A stretch of 64,000 bases of DNA from Acidimicrobiia bacterium. GTDB lineage: Bacteria > Acidobacteriota > Vicinamibacteria > Vicinamibacterales > CAVVIG01. Under the pieces are notes generated by a model. It worked only from the letters and a program-made list of their open reading frames with translations, did not search any database and was not told the origin of the DNA. Shown in pieces: positions 59,087-64,000 of this stretch (position 1 is its first letter; every line of letters starts with the position of its first letter). The stretch spans positions 4,533 through 68,532 of the forward strand of contig VFZL01000022.1 of NCBI GenBank assembly GCA_016871175.1, written 5' to 3'. A program made the translations under genes and the position numbers.

Positions 59087-60421
59087 ATGGCGGGCCGAGA
59101 GAAGCGGTTGCTCAAGGGCGGACGAGTCATCGATCCCGTCAACGGTCGAGACGGGGTCTTCGACGTGTTGATCGACGCTGGCACCATCGCCGCCGTCGAG
59201 CCGTCGATTACCGCGAACGGCGACATCGAGGTCGTCTCGATTCCGGCGGGTTTCGTCGTGTGTCCGGGCCTCATCGACATGCACGTGCACTTGCGCGAGC
59301 CGGGCCAGGAGCACAAAGAGACCGTAGCGACCGGCGTCGCCGCGGCGGTCGCGGGTGGCTTCACGGCCGTGGCGTGTATGCCCAATACGTCGCCGGTGAA
59401 CGACAACGCCGGCGTGACCAGCTACATCCTGCGCAAGGCGGCCGAGGCGAACCTGGCGCGGGTGTATCCGATTGGCGCCGTGTCTCGCGGACAACACGGC
59501 GAGCAGCTGGCTGACATCGCGGAGCTGAAGCAGGCTGGCTGCGTCGCCATCACAGACGATGGGCATCCGATTGCGACGGCGTTGCTCGCGCGGCGCGCGC
59601 TCCAGTACGCCCGCATGCTGGACATGCCGGTCATCGAGCACTGCGAGGACCCGACCCTCAAGGCCGATGGCGTGGCGCACGAGGGGTTCAATGCGTCCTC
59701 GCTCGGCCTCCGCGGCATTCCCGGCGAGGCCGAGTCGATCATGGCTCAACGCGACATCGCGCTCGCGGAGCTGACCGGCGGATCGATTCACATCGCGCAC
59801 ATGAGCGCACGGCAGACGCTCGACGCGGTTCGCTACGGCAAGGCGCGGGGCGCGACGGTCACCTGCGAGGTGACACCACATCACTTCGTTCTCACCGACG
59901 ACATGCTGGTGGCGCCGGTGCCGTACGACACCAACACGAAGATGAATCCGCCGCTGCGCGAAACCGCGGATCGGGACGCGATGCTGCAAGGGATCGCGGA
60001 CGGAAGCGTGGACGTCATTGCCACTGATCACGCGCCGCATCACTACGACGAGAAGCACGTGGAATTCGATCGTGCGCCGTTCGGCATCACAGGGCTCGAG
60101 ACAGCCGTGTCGCTGTGCTTCGATCGACTGATTCACCGTAACATCATCGGCCTGCGACGTCTGGTCGAGTTGCTCTCAGTCAATCCTGCGCGCATCCTCC
60201 GCGTGCCTGGCGGGTCGTTGTCGATCGGCGCGGCGGCGGATGTGACCATCCTCGCACCCGATCTGCCGGTGACCGTCACGACCTCGACGATGCGGTCGCT
60301 CTCGAAGAACACGCCGTTCGACGGCTGGCAGCTTCGCGGCGGGGTCGCCGCCACGCTCGTCGCGGGTCGCGTGGTCTTCGCGAACCCGGTCGTTGACCTC
60401 GCGCTACGGCCGATAGCTTGA
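59087..60421 (+). CDS. pyrC: Dihydroorotase
   Basis: DMHVHLREPG, KMNPPLR, ATDHAPH, KNTPF. Confidence 0.95.
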   Translation: MAGREKRLLKGGRVIDPVNGRDGVFDVLIDAGTIAAVEPSITANGDIEVVSIPAGFVVCPGLIDMHVHLREPGQEHKETVATGVAAAVAGGFTAVACMPNTSPVNDNAGVTSYILRKAAEANLARVYPIGAVSRGQHGEQLADIAELKQAGCVAITDDGHPIATALLARRALQYARMLDMPVIEHCEDPTLKADGVAHEGFNASSLGLRGIPGEAESIMAQRDIALAELTGGSIHIAHMSARQTLDAVRYGKARGATVTCEVTPHHFVLTDDMLVAPVPYDTNTKMNPPLRETADRDAMLQGIADGSVDVIATDHAPHHYDEKHVEFDRAPFGITGLETAVSLCFDRLIHRNIIGLRRLVELLSVNPARILRVPGGSLSIGAAADVTILAPDLPVTVTTSTMRSLSKNTPFDGWQLRGGVAATLVAGRVVFANPVVDLALRPIA

Positions 60422-60654
60422 GTGGCGGCTGCTCGCAGGCCGTAGCGGGCGATCGCCGACCGGTCGAGGATGAACCGGACGGTGCACTGGCACCGCGGAG
60501 ACGGGAAAGGACCATCGACAACGACAGCCAGCTCGTGCCCGGCATCCACCGACGGGAGTGCCGCCGGCGCGCCTGAGGTCGTGTCTCCCGCGGGCTTCGT
60601 GATTTCGTGATATGGTGAAAGTACCGTCGCGATCGACCCAGGTGCGACGTCAAA

Positions 60655-60814
60655 AAAAGGCTTCAAGCGACCACGCTCGCGTAAGCGGGCACCACGATAC
60701 GGTCGCGGCCGGGAGGTGCATGCATGGCAAACACCACCGGGAGTCGTCTCTAGGGAGACACTTCCCAGACAGGGGAAAGGGCCGGCGGGGAGACCTGCCG
60801 GCCCTTTCTTTTTT
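60655..60814 (+). ncRNA. Candidate structured small RNA (or micro-ORF mRNA)
   Basis: Several consecutive stems followed by a strong terminator, in a convergent intergenic gap. Confidence 0.4.
60776..60814 (+). terminator. Rho-independent terminator
   Basis: gaaagggccggcggg-gaga-cctgccggccctttc then TTTTTT. Confidence 0.88.
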
Positions 60815-61062
60815 CGGCATCAGGGCCATCACGCTCATCCGGCGCCAGACAGCCACGATCTCGACCAAGGCTTAATCACGATTCTCGGTTGGATTGACGT
60901 CGCTGCGTCGCGAAGCCCAGGTGCCGGTGGCCGGACACGCGCTGCGCGGACCGACGGAGCCATTTCGGCGCAATCGAGACGCGCTCGAGCGTTTGCGGCG
61001 GAAGGCTCGCGCGGCATCTCCCCTGAGCCAGACTCCCGGAGCCGCGACAGCGAACGCCGCTC

Positions 61063-61144
61063 AGGGCGGGAACGGCAGGAAGGAGGGCGGGTAGGTCCTT
61101 GCCTACCAGCCCACCCTCGCGCCCTTCCCGCCGTTCCCGCCCTT
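61063..61144. repeat. Long inverted repeat after the TonB-receptor stop codon
   Basis: agggcgggaacggcaggaagg ... ccttcccgccgttcccgccct. Confidence 0.75.
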
Positions 61145-61778
61145 CTAAAAATCGAACTGCGCGCCGAACTTGGCCAAGCGTCCAGCCAGGATCTGCGTCG
61201 GCGTCGGCCACGCGGTACCGAACCGCGTGTTGATCGCGAGCACCGAGTTCGCGTTCAGCACGTTGTAGACGTCGAACATCACCTGGAAACGCTTGGCGCC
61301 GCCCAACCGGAAGATGCGCGTCACGCGGGCATCGACCTGCGTGATGCGGTTCTCGAACACCGTATTGGGGACGATGAGACTGAGGATCTGGTTCGCCGCG
61401 CTGCCCGACAGGTTGCGGCCGAGCGATGGCGAGATCGCCGCGTTGGTGGCCACGTAGGTCGCGGTAATCGGAAGGCCGGGCAGGTTCTGGAACGTGCCGC
61501 TCGCCTGCAATCCGTAGGGCAGTGAGTACGACCCGTTCACCTTGACTTGCGTCGTCGCCAGCCACGGTGTGGACTGATGGCAGAATGCTTGGTTCCGCGG
61601 ATCGATCGAGGTGGCCACGGCCGTCATGCCGGCGGCGAACAGTTGCGGGTTACCCTCCACGTGGCACCAATCGGTTGTCGTCTTGCCGGTGCTGACGCCG
61701 CCGGCAATCATCGACCCACGGCGGAGGCGGCTGCCGAACGTGAGGTCGACGCCGTTGTACACCTCGGTCTGTTTCCCG
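61145..61778 (-). pseudogene. C-terminal fragment of a TonB-dependent receptor (Oar-like)
   Basis: KVNGSYSLP.G, FDVYNVLNAN, terminal FGAQFDF; 5' end joined to kinase sequence. Confidence 0.8.
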
Positions 61779-62636
61779 CGCGCCCTCGAGGGCAAGACGT
61801 ACGGCGCCGATGTCGGGAACGCGCTCCCGGATCGACTTCTTCAGGCACAGCCGCAGCGTCTGGTGCACATGCGCGGGTACCGAGGCCGGCAGTGCGTCCC
61901 ACGCAGGCTCTTTGTTGATCACGTTCGCGAGCGTCTCGGCGACATCGTCGCCCCCGAACGCGCGTGCGCCCGTGAGCATCTCGAACAGCACACAGCCGAA
62001 CGCCTAGATGTCCGCGCGCTTGTCGACGGTCTTCCCCTTCGCCTGCTCCGGCGCCATGTAGCCGGCGGTGCCAAGGATGACGCCCACGCCAGTCATCTGC
62101 GCCGGGGAGGTGAGCGTGGGCGACATCGACAGGCTTGGCGACGAACCGGCCCGGAGCTCCATCGCCTTCGCGAGGCCGAAGTCCAAGACTTTCACGGTCC
62201 CATCACCGCGCACCTTGATGTTCGCGGGCTTGAGATCGCGATGGATGATCCCTTGCTCGTGCGCGGCTTCGAGCGCCTCGGCGATCTGCGTCGCGATGGG
62301 GAGCGCTTCATCGAGCGGGATCGCGCCGCGGGCGATCCGCTGGGACAGATCGTCGCCTTCGACGAGTTCCATCACGAGGGCCAGCGTGCCGCCGGACTTC
62401 TCGACGGCATGGATCGCGGCGATGTGCGGATGGTTCAGCGACGCGAGCGTCTTAGCCTCGCGCTCGAACCGCGCCAGGCGGTCGGGGTCTGCGGCAAACG
62501 CCTCGGGCAGGATCTTGATGGCCACCTGACGGCCAAGCGTCGTGTCGGTCGCGCGCCACACCTGCCCCATCCCTCCCTCGCCGATGGGTGCGGTGATCTG
62601 GTAGACGCCGAGCCGGGAGCCGGGCGTGAGCGCCAA
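61779..62636 (-). pseudogene. Ser/Thr protein kinase with internal stop and missing C-terminal part
   Basis: GEGGMG, VAIK, HRDLKPAN, DFG, YMAPEQ; TAG at 62004-62006 in RADI*AFGCVLFEMLTG; frame continues to RLALEGA. Confidence 0.85.
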
Positions 62637-62660
62637 CGGTGAGCGTGATGATACGGTCCT

Positions 62661-63299
62661 TCAGGCGGGCCACCGCCCAGACCGACGGCGATAGAGCACG
62701 TCAATGGCCCACGGCAGGTCGAACCGCGTGCCGTCCCACGTCGGAGGCGTCCCGATGACGTGGGGCGTGGCGTCGCGGAGCGTGGGCAGGCGTTGCGGCG
62801 CGGCGAGGGCGACCTCGAGGGGCGCGCCATCGGGGCGGAGGAAGGTCAGCGCGCCGTCGCGTCCGCGGATGACACCGAATCCGCCTTCGTGCATCGCGCG
62901 GTGATGACGTCGGCACAGCCACACGAGGTTGTCAAGGCGTGTGGCGCCGCCGTCGGCCCAGTGCGCCAGGTGGTGGGCATCGCATCGGCGGGACGTGCAG
63001 CCCGGAAAGCGGCAAGTCGTGTCGCGCGCGGCCAGCGCGCGGCGGATCGATGGCGGAATCGTGCGCGTCTTGCGCCCCACGGCGAGCACGGCCCCGTCGC
63101 CGTCGTGACGCATGGACACCAGCGAGGCATCGCACGCGAGGCGCTGCGACGTTTCCATCGAAACGTACACGGCGCCGTGATCGACTTCGAGGGCGCCGTC
63201 AAACGCGTCGGATGCCGCGGCGCTCACGGGCACGGCTGCGGGCGCGGCCTGGTCAACGCCGGACTCGGCAGTGCTATCCCCGGACTCGGTCGTGCTCAC
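62661..63299 (-). CDS. HNH endonuclease (DUF222-associated type), probably N-terminally truncated
   Basis: RLACDA, ARD..CRFPGC, AHH..HWADGG.T...NL..LCRRHH. Confidence 0.78.
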   Translation of the reverse strand: MSTTESGDSTAESGVDQAAPAAVPVSAAASDAFDGALEVDHGAVYVSMETSQRLACDASLVSMRHDGDGAVLAVGRKTRTIPPSIRRALAARDTTCRFPGCTSRRCDAHHLAHWADGGATRLDNLVWLCRRHHRAMHEGGFGVIRGRDGALTFLRPDGAPLEVALAAPQRLPTLRDATPHVIGTPPTWDGTRFDLPWAIDVLYRRRSGRWPA

Positions 63300-63544
63300 G
63301 TGGATAGCGGTCGCTGTCGAAGGGGGAAGAAACCGGAGAGGAGCCGGAGGGCCGGTGGGTCCGATAAAGCGCGTTCGGTTATCCCAGACCCCGCTAAGCC
63401 GCCTACGATCTCCAACTCATCGTGTCCTCCCGTTGGTGGTTGCCCGCCCCTCCGGGGCGGGCGCAACGCGTCTCTGTGTTCCAGTCTCTGTGTGGCTCGG
63501 ATATCCGGGCCCTCGTACCGGGAAACCAGCAGCCCGAAGCCTCG

Positions 63545-64000
63545 CTAAAAGTCCAACTGTGCGCCGAACTGGAAGCGTCGCGCGTCGACCAGCGAGATCG
63601 GGTTGTACCACTGCGCGCCCCAGGTTTCATTGCGCGTGAAGATCGTCGAGTTGTTGAGGAAGTTGAAGGCCTCCACGAACGTCCGGATGCGCCGGTTGCC
63701 CTGGAACCGGAACGTGCGCGAGAACTGCACGTCGTTCGTGTACACGTAGCTGTAGAACAGCTTGGTCGGATCGACTAGTTCCACGGCGATGCTGGCCACG
63801 CCGCCGGTAAGCGGGCGGCCGGCAACCGCCGCATTTAAGGTCAACGCAGATCCGATCGGGATGCCCGGTCGCGCCTGGAACGTGCCGCCCACCTGCAGGT
63901 CCCACGGCAGTCGATACGACCCCGACGCCTTGTACAGCGTGCGAAACGGAGGCGTCTGCTTGCAGAATCGGATGAAGTTCGGGTTCGAGTTCGTCAGATC
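63545..64000 (-). CDS. TonB-dependent receptor (Oar-like), C-terminal part; runs off the window end
   Basis: KASGSYRLPW, EAFNFLN, terminal FGAQLDF. Confidence 0.8.
   Translation of the reverse strand, partial: DLTNSNPNFIRFCKQTPPFRTLYKASGSYRLPWDLQVGGTFQARPGIPIGSALTLNAAVAGRPLTGGVASIAVELVDPTKLFYSYVYTNDVQFSRTFRFQGNRRIRTFVEAFNFLNNSTIFTRNETWGAQWYNPISLVDARRFQFGAQLDF

Noticed and set aside
60700-60760. ZMP/ZTP or c-di-GMP-I riboswitch (ccaccgggag, ggcaaac)
   Set aside because: The TGGCG/CGCCTGGG pseudoknot and the GEMM GCAAAG partner are missing, and no gene follows on that strand.
62004-62006. TAG read-through (pyrrolysine or recoding) in the kinase
   Set aside because: It replaces a conserved Trp by one base change, TAG is a normal stop in many genes here, and the gene is also truncated.

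Overview
High-GC bacterial window. Gene content and style suggest Acidobacteriota, most like Vicinamibacteria (inference). Much of it is housekeeping: uppS-cdsA-dxr-rseP, mntH, queE-queC, dacB, a Gld-like ABC system, ArsR plus a P1B ATPase, pal, mqnB-mqnD and a divergent pyrKDF/pyrRBC locus. No rRNA, tRNA, CRISPR array or transposase was seen. Four things stand out. (1) An orphan RiPP precursor (39901-40140, minus) has a mersacidin/lichenicidin-type double-Gly leader and an unusual Ser/Lys core built from 9-bp repeats, with no synthetase in the window. (2) A LysW-like zinc-ribbon protein ending in ...DWDE is translationally coupled to a LarE-type sulfur transferase. (3) A complete mxaRSACKL-like cluster lies divergent from a diheme cytochrome c and a PQQ dehydrogenase carrying the extra Asp typical of lanthanide enzymes. 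(4) A structured intergenic RNA candidate follows pyrC. Several lesions also occur: a rhomboid remnant, a kinase/TonB-receptor junction, a frameshift and a nonsense codon. These reflect gene decay or assembly error. All calls come from reading motifs by eye; no searches were run.
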